A DNA stretch of 64,000 bases from Verrucomicrobiaceae bacterium (GTDB lineage Bacteria > Verrucomicrobiota > Verrucomicrobiia > Verrucomicrobiales > Verrucomicrobiaceae), in assembly GCA_016795485.1 (NCBI GenBank), contig JAEUHM010000030.1:60369-124368 (forward strand). Direction: 5' to 3'. Numbering within the stretch: the stretch's first letter is position 1; every line of letters begins with the position of its first letter. The position numbers and the translations under genes were made by a program. Below the pieces are notes generated by a model. That model searched no databases. It had not been told where the DNA came from and saw only the letters and a list, made by a program, of their open reading frames with translations. Below are positions 9,251-19,200 of this stretch, one piece after another.

Positions 9251-9625
9251 CTAGTCTGGCTGCTGGCTCCAGCGAATACTCCGCCGCACGCCAACGGAGT
9301 GGAAGTGCGCCTCATCACACTGAATAAAACCTGCCGCATTGATGCTCATGCCTTCGGCCTCAAGGCGAGCGCGTTGAGTTTCTGCCAGCAGGGGGTCCAT
9401 TTTTGGGCTGATGCGTGCATCCGCACTCACGACACGATGCCAAGGTAAAGTCGCCGACTCTTCTTCGGTGAGCCGGCTCATCACAAATGCCACGTGCCGC
9501 GCCATAACATTCATGTGCACGGCGATGGAGCCGTAAGTAGTGAACTTTCCTTCGGGAATGAGCGCCACCAAGCGAATGACCTCCGCTCGGATGCGTGCAA
9601 ACGCGGCAGACTTTGGTTTTGGCAT
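9251..9625 (-). CDS. Alkyltransferase-like protein (ATL; MGMT-family DNA-binding domain lacking the catalytic cysteine).
   Basis: TYGSIA helix-turn-helix region and PWHRVV motif. Trp replaces the active-site Cys of Ogt/Ada (PCHRV), which is the ATL hallmark. I chose the Met at 9625 to avoid overlap with the upstream gene. Confidence 0.75.
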   Translation of the reverse strand: MPKPKSAAFARIRAEVIRLVALIPEGKFTTYGSIAVHMNVMARHVAFVMSRLTEEESATLPWHRVVSADARISPKMDPLLAETQRARLEAEGMSINAAGFIQCDEAHFHSVGVRRSIRWSQQPD

Positions 9626-9633
9626 CAGGTGCC

Positions 9634-12633
9634 TTACTCCTCTTTCATCAGCCAAGCGAACAGATCGCGCAGATCCGCGTCTGACATGCCTGCGGTGAGC
9701 ATGGGAGGCATGAGCGACACCGGAGAAGCCTCCATTTTGTCGATCTCGGCTTGTTTTACTTGGGAGAGTTGATTGGCAGCATCGCGAATCTGCACGCCCG
9801 TGGCGTCTTGTTTGGCGATGATACCGCTCAGCACCTGTCCGCTCTTGAGTTTGATGACGTAGTTGCCAAATCCTTCACGAATCTCCAGGCTTGGAGTCAG
9901 GATGTTGTGCAACCAGAAGTCCATGCTGCTGCGGTCATAGCCTGTGAGTTCAGGCCCGACGTCGTTGCCTTCACCAAAGAGCTTGTGGCAGATGGCACAA
10001 CGGATGTTGAACTGAAGCTTGCCCATCATTGGGTCACCAACGCCTGACTTGAGCACCGACTTGATGCGCTCTGCCTCTTTCTCAACTTCTGCCGTCGGTG
10101 CTACGGCTAGCATGCCTGTCCAGTGTTTTTCGATCGTTGCGTTGATGTTCTCATCGTTCAATGCGGCTAGTTGCCTCACGATGTCGGGTGTGAAGTGTTT
10201 TGCAGGTATCTGCCAGGCATCGACTTTAGCCAGCACCATACCGGCCCACTCCTTGCGGCTGGCAAACATGCGCAACGCCGCTTCACGCAGAGCCTTATCG
10301 CCAGCCATTCGGCTCTCCCAGCCGTCAATCATGAGATTGATTAGCTTATGATCATCAAACTTGGCCACTGCCGGAAGGAGTGCACGCTTGAGTGACTCAT
10401 TGCCACCGGCTTGAAAGACCGGAGCGATCGCATCCAGCACCTTTTTGTTACCCAACTCAGCTAGCGTGACTGCTGTGGCTGCACGTTTAGCGCTTGGACG
10501 TGACTTGTTCGCCACGAGCTTGAGACCTTCTTCAATTGCCTTCTTGTCACCCGACCGCATGGCGAGGGTCAAGTCATCGCCTTGAGCTTTGAAGTAACCA
10601 GCAAGGGAGTCAGGAAGCTGCGGGATTTCGCCCCCTTCAAAGGCAGCGGCAATGCCTTCGACGACTTTCTTGCGTGCTTCGTCGTCAGGTGCAAGTGCAG
10701 CGAGCTTGGCGCATGATTCCAAGTTGAGGCTCCCTCCCGCCATGGCCCAACGCTTGCCCAGATAGCCAGGGAGCTTGTGTTTCCATGCTGCTTTGTTGGA
10801 AAACACAGCGAGCACTGCTTCACGATCATTTTCGCATCGTGCTTCCGTCAGCCACCAGAGCATGGTTTGCAGTCTGGAGTCATCATGATCCACCAGAGCG
10901 GCGAGGATGGCTAGGCCTGTGGTTGAAGGCAGACGCTTTGCTGCTGCGGCGAGCATGGTCTGGACTTCTGGATGGGTTTCGACCGCAGCCCGCTTTGGCA
11001 ACATCGCCATCGTCGCCTTCATCTCGGTCACGGTGTGTCTGACTGCCCAGCGGCGAACATAAGGATCAGCGTGACTAAGAAGTTGCGCGTTCGTTTCGTC
11101 GTCCAGAGCATTGAGTTGATGCAGGGCAAACATCGCATCGAGAGCACGATCGTTTTTTTGATCCAGAGCGAGCGCTTTGAGTTTAGGGGTCAGTTCAGTG
11201 AGCTTGCGCCAGCCGATCTCAAGCTGAGCTTGCTTGCGGAACCACTCGTTTTGATGACTGAGGTAGCCGATCAACTCGTCGGCACTTACTTTGCTCAGAT
11301 CAAACTTTTGGAGAACAGGCGCACCGCTGGCTGGGCGTATGCGGTAGATGCGACCGTCTTTCTTTGACCAGTCATCCACTGGCCTAACGTGACTCAGACG
11401 TGTGTCATACCAGTCTCCGATGTAGACGCAGCCATCTGGGGCCGCAGCGATGCAAACGGGGCGGAACCAGCGATCTGAAGTCTCCATGAGGTTCTCATGG
11501 TCTTTGGTTCTGAACGTAGAGCCGTCGGGGATCTGCTCGCTGACATACACTTTGTTCAACAGCGAGTTGGGCGCGATGATGTAGCCCTCGTAGTTGCTGC
11601 CCAGTAGACCGCCTTCATAGATAGTGAAAGCTTGGGGAAAGCGCTTGGTGTCGCCCTCATGCTTCATGTGCTCGAAGAACTCAAACGAGTATGGATTCAT
11701 CGGTGGGCCGTGTTTGCCCCAGCCCTTCACACCATAACTGCCTAGCTCGTAGTGCATGCCGCGTGTGCCGCCGTGGTTGGTGCCTGAGAAGACTCGTCCC
11801 TTGCTGTCTATGTCGAGGCTCATGGTGTTGCCGCCGCCTTCAGCGTAGATTTGAAAGGTCTTCTTCACTGGATGAAATCGCCAGATGTGCTGGCCTTCCC
11901 ACTTCACGTGCTTTGACGTGGCGCTGCTCACATCGCCCGTGGTGGTGCTGCCTGTGGCACCATAGAGCCAGCCATCTGGCCCCCACTGGAGGCTGGTGGC
12001 CACGCTGTGTGTGTCTTCCAGACCGAATCCGCTTAGTTCCACCACTGGATCAGCATCGGGCACATCGTCAGCATTCGCATCGGGATAGAACAGCAGATAA
12101 GGTGGATTCATCACATAGAAGCCGCCATTTCCTGTGATGGCTGCCGTGGCGATGTTGAGGCCTTCCAGCACGACTTTGGTTTTGTCATAAAGACCGTCTC
12201 CATTGGTGTCTTCATGCACGGTAACGATATCGGCTCCCTTGGGACCCTTTGGTGGCGGCTCGGGCACGCGATCAAACTTGGCACGCAGATGCTGGTCGTA
12301 GCTGACGATCTTCAAGCCCGCTGGGAACTGATACTGCCGATACTGCGTCACCCACATGCGACCACGGGAGTCAAAGCTGATGTAAAGCGGTTGAGTCACC
12401 TCCGGCTCATGAGCGATCAGGTCGATTGCCACATCCTTGCGGTGGCTGAAGCTCTTGTAGGCTTCGTCTGGTGATTTTGGAGGTGTATTGTCTGCCAGCG
12501 TTCCGCGGCCCGCATATGTCTCCATGATCTTTTTCACGGCCTCATTGCCAGCGATGTCATCTGGTTTGACGGGAGGCTCTGCGGATTGAGTCGAAGCAAC
12601 CGCCAGGAGGAAGAGAAATAGAGACGCACGCAT
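9634..12633 (-). CDS. Large secreted PVC-type heme-binding protein: N-terminal beta-propeller (membrane-bound dehydrogenase-like), HEAT/ARM repeats, and a C-terminal cytochrome c domain.
   Basis: Signal peptide from the Met at 12633. Single CXXCH (CAICHKLFGEGNDVGPEL) near the C-terminus. Long alpha-helical repeat region. This architecture is common in Verrucomicrobia and Planctomycetes. Confidence 0.75.
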   Translation of the reverse strand: MRASLFLFLLAVASTQSAEPPVKPDDIAGNEAVKKIMETYAGRGTLADNTPPKSPDEAYKSFSHRKDVAIDLIAHEPEVTQPLYISFDSRGRMWVTQYRQYQFPAGLKIVSYDQHLRAKFDRVPEPPPKGPKGADIVTVHEDTNGDGLYDKTKVVLEGLNIATAAITGNGGFYVMNPPYLLFYPDANADDVPDADPVVELSGFGLEDTHSVATSLQWGPDGWLYGATGSTTTGDVSSATSKHVKWEGQHIWRFHPVKKTFQIYAEGGGNTMSLDIDSKGRVFSGTNHGGTRGMHYELGSYGVKGWGKHGPPMNPYSFEFFEHMKHEGDTKRFPQAFTIYEGGLLGSNYEGYIIAPNSLLNKVYVSEQIPDGSTFRTKDHENLMETSDRWFRPVCIAAAPDGCVYIGDWYDTRLSHVRPVDDWSKKDGRIYRIRPASGAPVLQKFDLSKVSADELIGYLSHQNEWFRKQAQLEIGWRKLTELTPKLKALALDQKNDRALDAMFALHQLNALDDETNAQLLSHADPYVRRWAVRHTVTEMKATMAMLPKRAAVETHPEVQTMLAAAAKRLPSTTGLAILAALVDHDDSRLQTMLWWLTEARCENDREAVLAVFSNKAAWKHKLPGYLGKRWAMAGGSLNLESCAKLAALAPDDEARKKVVEGIAAAFEGGEIPQLPDSLAGYFKAQGDDLTLAMRSGDKKAIEEGLKLVANKSRPSAKRAATAVTLAELGNKKVLDAIAPVFQAGGNESLKRALLPAVAKFDDHKLINLMIDGWESRMAGDKALREAALRMFASRKEWAGMVLAKVDAWQIPAKHFTPDIVRQLAALNDENINATIEKHWTGMLAVAPTAEVEKEAERIKSVLKSGVGDPMMGKLQFNIRCAICHKLFGEGNDVGPELTGYDRSSMDFWLHNILTPSLEIREGFGNYVIKLKSGQVLSGIIAKQDATGVQIRDAANQLSQVKQAEIDKMEASPVSLMPPMLTAGMSDADLRDLFAWLMKEE

Positions 12634-12680
12634 TGGGAAAGTGAATGACCGAGTTGGGTTGAGAAGAAAACGACTTAGGC

Positions 12681-14681
12681 TCAGGGATTCATGCCATCCA
12701 AAGCGCCCCAGGGTTCTACTTGATCGAGGTGTTTGGGCTTTAGTGCATCGTAAATCGAAGGAAGATCGAAGCTCTTCACGATTCCGCGCGGAAGCAGTGC
12801 GTAGGGCCACTTGTAGTCTTCCTCCTTGATGACATCCGCATACGATGTGAGTGCGTTCTTGAGTTTTACCTGCTTCACGTCAGCGCAAAGCAGTGCTGCA
12901 AACGCTGCGGGAAGCGCGCCCCATCCTCTTCCTGCTAGAGTGATGTTTTCATGCCCTGCTTCTTTCAGAAGCGCGATCACGGCGAGCACATCGTGCGTTC
13001 GTTGGCCGAGAACAGGGCGGTCTAGCATCACTCCGTGCGCGGCGTAGAAGTAGTCGCTGCCATAGTGACCGAGATAGCTTCCTACCCCGCAGGTATTTGG
13101 TCGTGAGTCACCCACTCCCCGCACATCCATGGCGAAGAATGCCGCATCGGCGTGTTTTGAAACGAGATCCTTCACCCATGGGTCGAAACGCAGATCGTTG
13201 TCAGCGGATTGATGGGCCACGTAAAGCACTGCCGTCTTGTTTCCGAGCGGGAGTCGCGAGTAGAGCTGCTGATCGTTGAGCCGAGTGACGAGGGCAAAAA
13301 CTCCCGGCTCCGATTCTACAGCATAGTTGGCCACTCCTTTGGCCGGATAGCCTCGGCCACCAGCGGGTCTGAGAATGCGATAGTCAGGCACATTGATCTC
13401 GGTGGGCAATCTCAGCACATGCCGGACGTCTTTTTCTAAGTCCGTTGCGATCGCTGATTTGTGTTCACGCGTGAACGACATCACTGAGCGTGAACCAAGC
13501 TCACTCACTTGGCCCTTTGGTGCTGCTAGAAGGTCGGCTTCCTTTTCTAGCGTGAGAGTTGGCTCCGTCGTGGCGTCACTGACCTTTGTCACACGGTTAA
13601 AGAAGGAATACATCGCTTCCCGATTCGGTTGCGTGTAGCCATGAGGATCAGGGCCGACTTGAAGTTGAATATTCTCGGGCTTGCCCAGCAACGTGTAGAG
13701 TTTTTTGAGTCGCTCGAAGGCCACCTTTCCACCGCGGGCATCGAAGTAGTCCTTCTCCTGAGTGCAAATGATCACTGGCTTGGGTGCCATACATGCTAGG
13801 AAGTCACTGTGGTCCAAGCCCTCTGCGAGAGCTCCCGGTGGGCACTGCTCAGTGTCGGCGGGCAGCTCGTTTTCTGCATTTCGCCGGAAAGTCGTCACGA
13901 AACACGCTGGAGCAGCCATCGTCAGTCGTTCGTCCATGCCGCAGAGCCACGTGGTCTGCGTGCCGCCACCGCTGTTCCCTGTCACTCCGATGTGCTTGGG
14001 ATCCACTTCCTCGCGGGTGAGAAGGTAATCCACGCCCCTCATGCCATCCCAGACCATCCATGAGCCGATGAACTCGCCCATGAGATTCATTTGGTTGCCC
14101 ATGCGGATGTGTTCTCCAGTACCGCCGCCATAGCGCGACATGAGCCCCTTCTTCTCGTCCTGTTTGATGTACTGAAGTCTCTCGCCTTGGCCAATGGGAT
14201 CAATGATGAGCACCACGTAGCCCATGCGAGCCAGTCCCTGGGCGAAACTCTGGTAGGCGTCTTCCGCCTTGCCATTGTAGGAGTGCCCGCACACACCAAG
14301 AACCGCCGGGCATTTGCCATTATGCTTGGTTGGCACGTAGAGATTGGCACTCACCAGGAACTGCGGCCTACTTTCGTAGAGCACCTTCTCGATCTTGTAG
14401 CCGTCCCGCTCAAGAACACCGGTGATCTTCGCATTCAGCGGAGTGCGCTCCGGCATAGGTCCAAAGCAACGTGCCACCCGTGCCTTCACGTCCTTCACAT
14501 AAGCCAGAGCGTCCTCCTTCTTCTTCAAAGCAGCCCGCCGCTTGTCCCCGTGAGCTTCCGCAGCCTTCACCTGATCCACCAGCCACTCCTGCATCATCCG
14601 CGGGAAGCGATTCAGAGGTTCTGGCTCAACTGCGTTTGCCAGAAGTGTGGAACAAAACAAAGAACTTAGAACCAGCTTCAT
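12681..14681 (-). CDS. Secreted alpha/beta-hydrolase (acetylxylan-esterase or dienelactone-hydrolase-like), possibly with two hydrolase-like halves.
   Basis: GNSGGG nucleophile-elbow motif, a signal peptide, and a second AMDVRGVGDS region. The start ATG overlaps the stop of the upstream NHL gene (ATGA). Confidence 0.6.
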   Translation of the reverse strand: MKLVLSSLFCSTLLANAVEPEPLNRFPRMMQEWLVDQVKAAEAHGDKRRAALKKKEDALAYVKDVKARVARCFGPMPERTPLNAKITGVLERDGYKIEKVLYESRPQFLVSANLYVPTKHNGKCPAVLGVCGHSYNGKAEDAYQSFAQGLARMGYVVLIIDPIGQGERLQYIKQDEKKGLMSRYGGGTGEHIRMGNQMNLMGEFIGSWMVWDGMRGVDYLLTREEVDPKHIGVTGNSGGGTQTTWLCGMDERLTMAAPACFVTTFRRNAENELPADTEQCPPGALAEGLDHSDFLACMAPKPVIICTQEKDYFDARGGKVAFERLKKLYTLLGKPENIQLQVGPDPHGYTQPNREAMYSFFNRVTKVSDATTEPTLTLEKEADLLAAPKGQVSELGSRSVMSFTREHKSAIATDLEKDVRHVLRLPTEINVPDYRILRPAGGRGYPAKGVANYAVESEPGVFALVTRLNDQQLYSRLPLGNKTAVLYVAHQSADNDLRFDPWVKDLVSKHADAAFFAMDVRGVGDSRPNTCGVGSYLGHYGSDYFYAAHGVMLDRPVLGQRTHDVLAVIALLKEAGHENITLAGRGWGALPAAFAALLCADVKQVKLKNALTSYADVIKEEDYKWPYALLPRGIVKSFDLPSIYDALKPKHLDQVEPWGALDGMNP

Positions 14682-15751
14682 GAAAGTTTCTCCAGCTTGA
14701 TGGGATAGGTTTGGAAGGCGTTCCATTGGCAGACGATGAGGTCGCCGTTTTCTAGCACGCAGACGTCGTGGCCGTGCTCGAAGATGTTCTCTTTTCGCAA
14801 CAGCGGTTGGAGTTTGCCATCCGCGTAAGTGGGCTCTTCTCCTCCGGGTGCGGCGATGACTTTGCCTTTTTCATCCATCACGAGGATGAAGCCGGATTCC
14901 ATGGGCTTGAACTTGCCTTCTTTGTCCTTGGACCAGCAGACGCCTGCATAGATTTCCTTTCGTGCCACTACGGGGCGGCAAACGTAGGCTCCGGGTGTTG
15001 AGATGGTCTCGATATACTTTCCTGCTAACGTGAATCTGCGGAAGCAGTTGTCGGCTCGGGAAGTGACCAGGAGGGTGTCGCCTTGCACGGCGATGCCGTG
15101 GGCGTTGTTGAGGCGCTCGTTAGCAGGAACGCCGTCTTTGCCTCCGAAGCGTGAGATGAACTTGCCACGCGCATCGTAGCGGAGCACGTAGTTGGAACCG
15201 TAGCCGTCTACGATGTAAATGTCGCCATTGGGGCCGATGGCCACCTCGGTGGGATTGAAAAACATGTCGGGCTCGTAGGCACCGACCGTCATGGGGTGAC
15301 TGATGGAGAAGATTTCTTTGCCGCTGAGGTCGGTTTTGGTGACGCGGCCAGTTTGGCGATAGCCTGCACTGCCGGATTTCCAGAGTCCTGAGTCGGTGAC
15401 GAAGAGGAACTCCTCTCCGTTCTCGTTGGCCAGCGTCAATCCGTGTCCACCCGGCCAAGCACTTCCCCAAGACTCCAAAATGGTGCCGTCTGGCTTGTAG
15501 ACCAGCATTTGGTTGTCCCAGTGGTCACCCACCATGAACAGGCGGCCGTCTTTGGTCTGAACCATCTCATGGCAGTTGAGAATCGGGTGATGGCGGCCTT
15601 GGCCTGGCGCTACCCAGTCCTTGATTACGCGGTAGCGGTGACCTCCGTGGCCGATGATGGTGTCTTTTGGCTTTTCGGCTGCCCGAAGATGCTGTGTCCA
15701 TGTTGCAGCAACGGCCGTGCTGAGTCCGCCAAGAAAATGTCGTCGATCCAT
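14678..15751 (-). CDS. Tat-secreted NHL-repeat / six-bladed beta-propeller protein.
   Basis: Twin-arginine motif RRHFLGG at the N-terminus. Repeated NHL-like blades. Confidence 0.6.
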   Translation of the reverse strand: MDRRHFLGGLSTAVAATWTQHLRAAEKPKDTIIGHGGHRYRVIKDWVAPGQGRHHPILNCHEMVQTKDGRLFMVGDHWDNQMLVYKPDGTILESWGSAWPGGHGLTLANENGEEFLFVTDSGLWKSGSAGYRQTGRVTKTDLSGKEIFSISHPMTVGAYEPDMFFNPTEVAIGPNGDIYIVDGYGSNYVLRYDARGKFISRFGGKDGVPANERLNNAHGIAVQGDTLLVTSRADNCFRRFTLAGKYIETISTPGAYVCRPVVARKEIYAGVCWSKDKEGKFKPMESGFILVMDEKGKVIAAPGGEEPTYADGKLQPLLRKENIFEHGHDVCVLENGDLIVCQWNAFQTYPIKLEKLS

Positions 15752-15815
15752 TCAGAGTTTACGCGTCCCCTGCCTGAAATCTCGCTTCTGACGAGCAAGG
15801 GTCACCAGGATAGCT

Positions 15816-15831
15816 TGTGAAAACTTTCACA
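15816..15831. promoter_or_regulatory. Perfect CRP-type palindrome TGTGA-N6-TCACA (tgtgaaaactttcaca), 54 nt upstream of the nuoB start codon.
   Basis: Exact match to the CRP/FNR-family half-site consensus TGTGA(N6)TCACA. Lies in the divergent intergenic region between the NHL gene and nuoB. Confidence 0.45.
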
Positions 15832-15884
15832 AAGGGGTTGCCCTAGCATTTGCTGAGGCGTATCGCTTCCCTCAAACGCCCGCC

Positions 15885-16424
15885 ATGACTGCTCTGGAAC
15901 CCATTCAACGGACTGACGCCGCTTACGATTCAAAGATCGAAGGGAATGTCTTTTTCACCCGCCTGGATGCGGCGATCAACTGGATGCGTAAAAACTCGCT
16001 CTGGCCAATGCCGATGGGCTTGGCTTGTTGCGCGATTGAGCTGATGGCGACAGGTGCTAGCCGATTCGATATTTCGCGGTTCGGTGCAGAAGTGATGCGT
16101 TTTTCGCCTCGTCAGGCTGACGTGATGATCGTGAGTGGCACGGTCACCTACAAGATGGCTTTGGCGGTCAAGCGCATCTGGGACCAGATGCCTGAGCCGA
16201 AGTGGTGCATTGCCATGGGCGCATGTGCTTCCAGCGGTGGGATGTATCGCAGTTATGCCGTGCTTCAGGGGATTGATCGCTTGATCCCGGTGGACGTTTA
16301 CATTTCAGGTTGTCCTCCACGCCCGGAGGCTCTTCTTGAAGGCCTGATGCGCTTGCAGCGCAAGATTGATAAGGAGCACTCCTTGATCGAGCAGAAAAAG
16401 GAACTGCTTGAGGAACTGGCCTGA
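15885..16424 (+). CDS. nuoB: NADH-quinone oxidoreductase subunit B (NuoB/NDH-1 20-kDa subunit family).
   Basis: Conserved CCAIE...GxCxxxGG...GCPP cysteine pattern of the N2 Fe-S cluster. Confidence 0.9.
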   Translation: MTALEPIQRTDAAYDSKIEGNVFFTRLDAAINWMRKNSLWPMPMGLACCAIELMATGASRFDISRFGAEVMRFSPRQADVMIVSGTVTYKMALAVKRIWDQMPEPKWCIAMGACASSGGMYRSYAVLQGIDRLIPVDVYISGCPPRPEALLEGLMRLQRKIDKEHSLIEQKKELLEELA

Positions 16425-16444
16425 TTTTTACCCAAACACGTCTC

Positions 16445-17011
16445 ATGACCGCAGCTGAAGTTGTCAAAGCCATCCAAGGCCATTTTGGAGATGCCGTGCT
16501 CGCTACCAAGGAGCATCTGGGGGAACACACGGTCGATGTGAACCTGGATCGACTGCACGCGGTCATGCGCTGGTGCCGCGATGAACTTCGGTTCGACTAC
16601 TTGGTCGATGTCTCTAGCCTAGATCACCTGGGCGAGGAACCAAGATTTGAGATGGTTTACGAGCTTTATGGCTACAGCCACGGCCAGCATTTGCGGATTA
16701 AGGCAAAGGTGAGCGAAGACCAAGGCGTGCCCACGGTTTCAGACCTCTGGCCGACAGCTGATTGGCATGAGCGTGAGGTCTACGACATGATGGGCATCAC
16801 GTTTGATGGTCATCCTGACCTTCGTCGTATTTTGATGTGGGATGGCTATCCGTTCTATCCGTTACGGAAAGATTTCCCTCTTGAAGGCAAGCCAAGCGAG
16901 ATGCCGGACGTGGCTTTCACGGGTGTGGCACCTCTTGAAGGTGGGCCGTTCGTGACCTGTGCTGGTGGGCAAGACACCATTGCACGTGAGCCGCGCGCTA
17001 AGCGGGTCTAA
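16445..17011 (+). CDS. nuoC: NADH-quinone oxidoreductase subunit C (NuoC, 30-kDa subunit).
   Basis: WHEREVYDMMGITFDGHPDLRRIL motif typical of NuoC. 20-nt gap after nuoB. Confidence 0.85.
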   Translation: MTAAEVVKAIQGHFGDAVLATKEHLGEHTVDVNLDRLHAVMRWCRDELRFDYLVDVSSLDHLGEEPRFEMVYELYGYSHGQHLRIKAKVSEDQGVPTVSDLWPTADWHEREVYDMMGITFDGHPDLRRILMWDGYPFYPLRKDFPLEGKPSEMPDVAFTGVAPLEGGPFVTCAGGQDTIAREPRAKRV

Positions 17012-17029
17012 TCTCCTACTGCCAGCCGA

Positions 17030-17788
17030 ATGAAACTGGCAGAACTGTCTTGGCCGCAGGTGGATGCGTTGAATCGTGACACCCCTGTGGTGTTCCCGGT
17101 GGCAGCATTGGAGCAACATGGGCACCACATGCCGGTGATGACGGACAGTCTTCTCACGGAGGAGCTTGTCCGGAGGCTGGAGACTCGATTTGAGAAACAA
17201 GTGCTGTTTGCTCCTCTCACGTGGTTGGGAAACTCGCATCACCACATGGATTTCCCTGGGACACTGAGTGCAGAGCCTCGCGTTTACATCGATCTCCTGT
17301 GCGGTTTGCTGGAGAACTTCATCGCTCACGGCTTCAAGCGGTTGTTCATCTTGAATGGCCATGGTGGGAACGATGTCCCGGGCAAACAGGCTGTGTTTGA
17401 AGTCCGCCAGCGTTACCGCGCACGGAAGGATCTTCTGTTGCTGTTTGCTACTTATTGGAACCTTGGCGCTGAGCCTTGGAAGGCAGATTCTAGCATTCAA
17501 CAGCGAGTGATGGGCCATGCCTGTGAATGGGAAACGTCGATGATGCTAAGGATCAGGCCGGATTTGGTCGGAGACTTGTCCAGGGTCGTTGATGTGCCCT
17601 TTGGCAATCCCTTTGAGCCTGCCTCGCGCGGCTGGATCATGAACGACCGAAGTATCCCAGGCCATGTGGGCGACCCGAGGGACGCTACCGCCGAAAAAGG
17701 GGAAGCTCTTTTCGCCTGTTTCACTGAAGCGGCGGCTCAGATGCTGGAGCGGGTGATTCGCTGGGATGGAGTTTCGTGGGAAGGCTGA
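17030..17788 (+). CDS. Creatininase-family amidohydrolase (creatinine amidohydrolase / MftE-like).
   Basis: EQHGHHMP, NGHGGN and HACEWETS motifs. 18 nt after nuoC. Confidence 0.8.
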   Translation: MKLAELSWPQVDALNRDTPVVFPVAALEQHGHHMPVMTDSLLTEELVRRLETRFEKQVLFAPLTWLGNSHHHMDFPGTLSAEPRVYIDLLCGLLENFIAHGFKRLFILNGHGGNDVPGKQAVFEVRQRYRARKDLLLLFATYWNLGAEPWKADSSIQQRVMGHACEWETSMMLRIRPDLVGDLSRVVDVPFGNPFEPASRGWIMNDRSIPGHVGDPRDATAEKGEALFACFTEAAAQMLERVIRWDGVSWEG

Positions 17789-17982
17789 TTTGGGGGCGGC
17801 TGGGGCCAAGAAAAGGCAACGGCCTGACTTGGGGTGATGTAATGACCCCGCAGAGCCGGTCTGAACGGTCCTTCCGGGCAAAATATTTAATTATTCATAA
17901 ATATTCAAATCCTTGATACCATTCATATTATGGTATTTATTATTGGCCGGGGTGTGGCACAATACGTGTTCGCGCCCCCGTC

Positions 17983-19200
17983 ATGACCAGCGCCGTTCCC
18001 ACAGACTTTCGTTCCACCACCCCACCGGGCTCCTCCGTTGCTTCAAAGAGCACGGTGCCACGGAAGGTGCTGCACGTGATTCCGGCATTGGCAGGTGGCG
18101 GAGCGGAGCGTGCCTTGAGGAACTTGGCACGGACGATGGCGGGCACTCACTGGCAGACGGTGATAGTGGTGTTTCGTGCCGCAGAGCACAAGGCACTGGC
18201 TGATGAACTTAGAGCTCTGGGATGCGTGATCCATGATTTAGACGAGCCAGCACTGATGAATCCGCGGGTTTGGTACAAGACTTGGCGGTTGATGATGAAG
18301 GAGCGCCCGGACGTGGTGCAAACGTGGATGCACCATGCAGACTTTATTGGTGGTGTGGCAGCCTGGATAGCTGGGATTACGCGCGTGGTGTGGGGAATCA
18401 GGGCCGGCGTGATTTGGAAGAACCCGGAGGACGGACTCTTCAAGACATCGCTCTTCCACGGGGCACTGCGGTTCGCGTCATGGTTCATGCCTTGCCGAAT
18501 CGTGGGAAACTCGGACACCGCCCTGAAACTGCATGAGCAGATGGGGTACCCCCCTCACAAGTTTACGTTCATTCCGAACGGGATCGATGCGGACCGGTTT
18601 TCGCCGAGTAAGGAACATCGCAAGAAGTTACGGACAACGCTTGGTATTCCTGAATCGGCGAGAGTGATCGGGTTCGTAGGCAGATTCCACCCGCTCAAAG
18701 AGCTCGAACGGGCTTTTGCCATTTGTGGTGCTCTCCAGCGCGAAGACTCTGACGTTCATCTTGTCTTGTGTGGTGGTGACGAGTCAAAACTCTATCCCGA
18801 AGCACGAGAAGCCTTCCAGGCCATGCCGATGCCCCATCAGGTGCACTTCATGCCATTCCAGGGAGAGATGGAAAAGGTCTATCCTGCGTTTGATCTTTTG
18901 CTGATGTGCAGCGGGAACGCTGAAGCGTTCCCCAATGTGCTGCTGGAGGCTATGGCATGCGGGGTGCCAGTGGTGGCGACTGCTGGAGGCGATGCACGTG
19001 CGATTGTCGCAGACGCTGGTCGAGTCGTTGAGATAGGAGACAACCAAGCATTGCTCCAAGCCTGTGTGGAGACATTGCAACTGAGTGATTCTGCCCGTGA
19101 ACAGCAACTACAGCGCGCACGTGAGCGTGCGGTAAACGAATACACGCTCCAAAAAGCGGCCGAACGATTTATCGAAGTCTACGAGGAGGTGGCTCGCTGA
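17983..19200 (+). CDS. Glycosyltransferase family 4 (GT-B fold).
   Basis: C-terminal EAFPNVLLEAMACGVPVVAT motif (E-X7-E region). Confidence 0.8.
   Translation: MTSAVPTDFRSTTPPGSSVASKSTVPRKVLHVIPALAGGGAERALRNLARTMAGTHWQTVIVVFRAAEHKALADELRALGCVIHDLDEPALMNPRVWYKTWRLMMKERPDVVQTWMHHADFIGGVAAWIAGITRVVWGIRAGVIWKNPEDGLFKTSLFHGALRFASWFMPCRIVGNSDTALKLHEQMGYPPHKFTFIPNGIDADRFSPSKEHRKKLRTTLGIPESARVIGFVGRFHPLKELERAFAICGALQREDSDVHLVLCGGDESKLYPEAREAFQAMPMPHQVHFMPFQGEMEKVYPAFDLLLMCSGNAEAFPNVLLEAMACGVPVVATAGGDARAIVADAGRVVEIGDNQALLQACVETLQLSDSAREQQLQRARERAVNEYTLQKAAERFIEVYEEVAR

Noticed and set aside
16862-17518. 218-aa ORF antisense to the creatininase gene, and 16168-16566 antisense to nuoB/nuoC
   Set aside because: The sense-strand genes have strong family motifs. 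The antisense ORFs have no features and arise from GC-rich codon bias.
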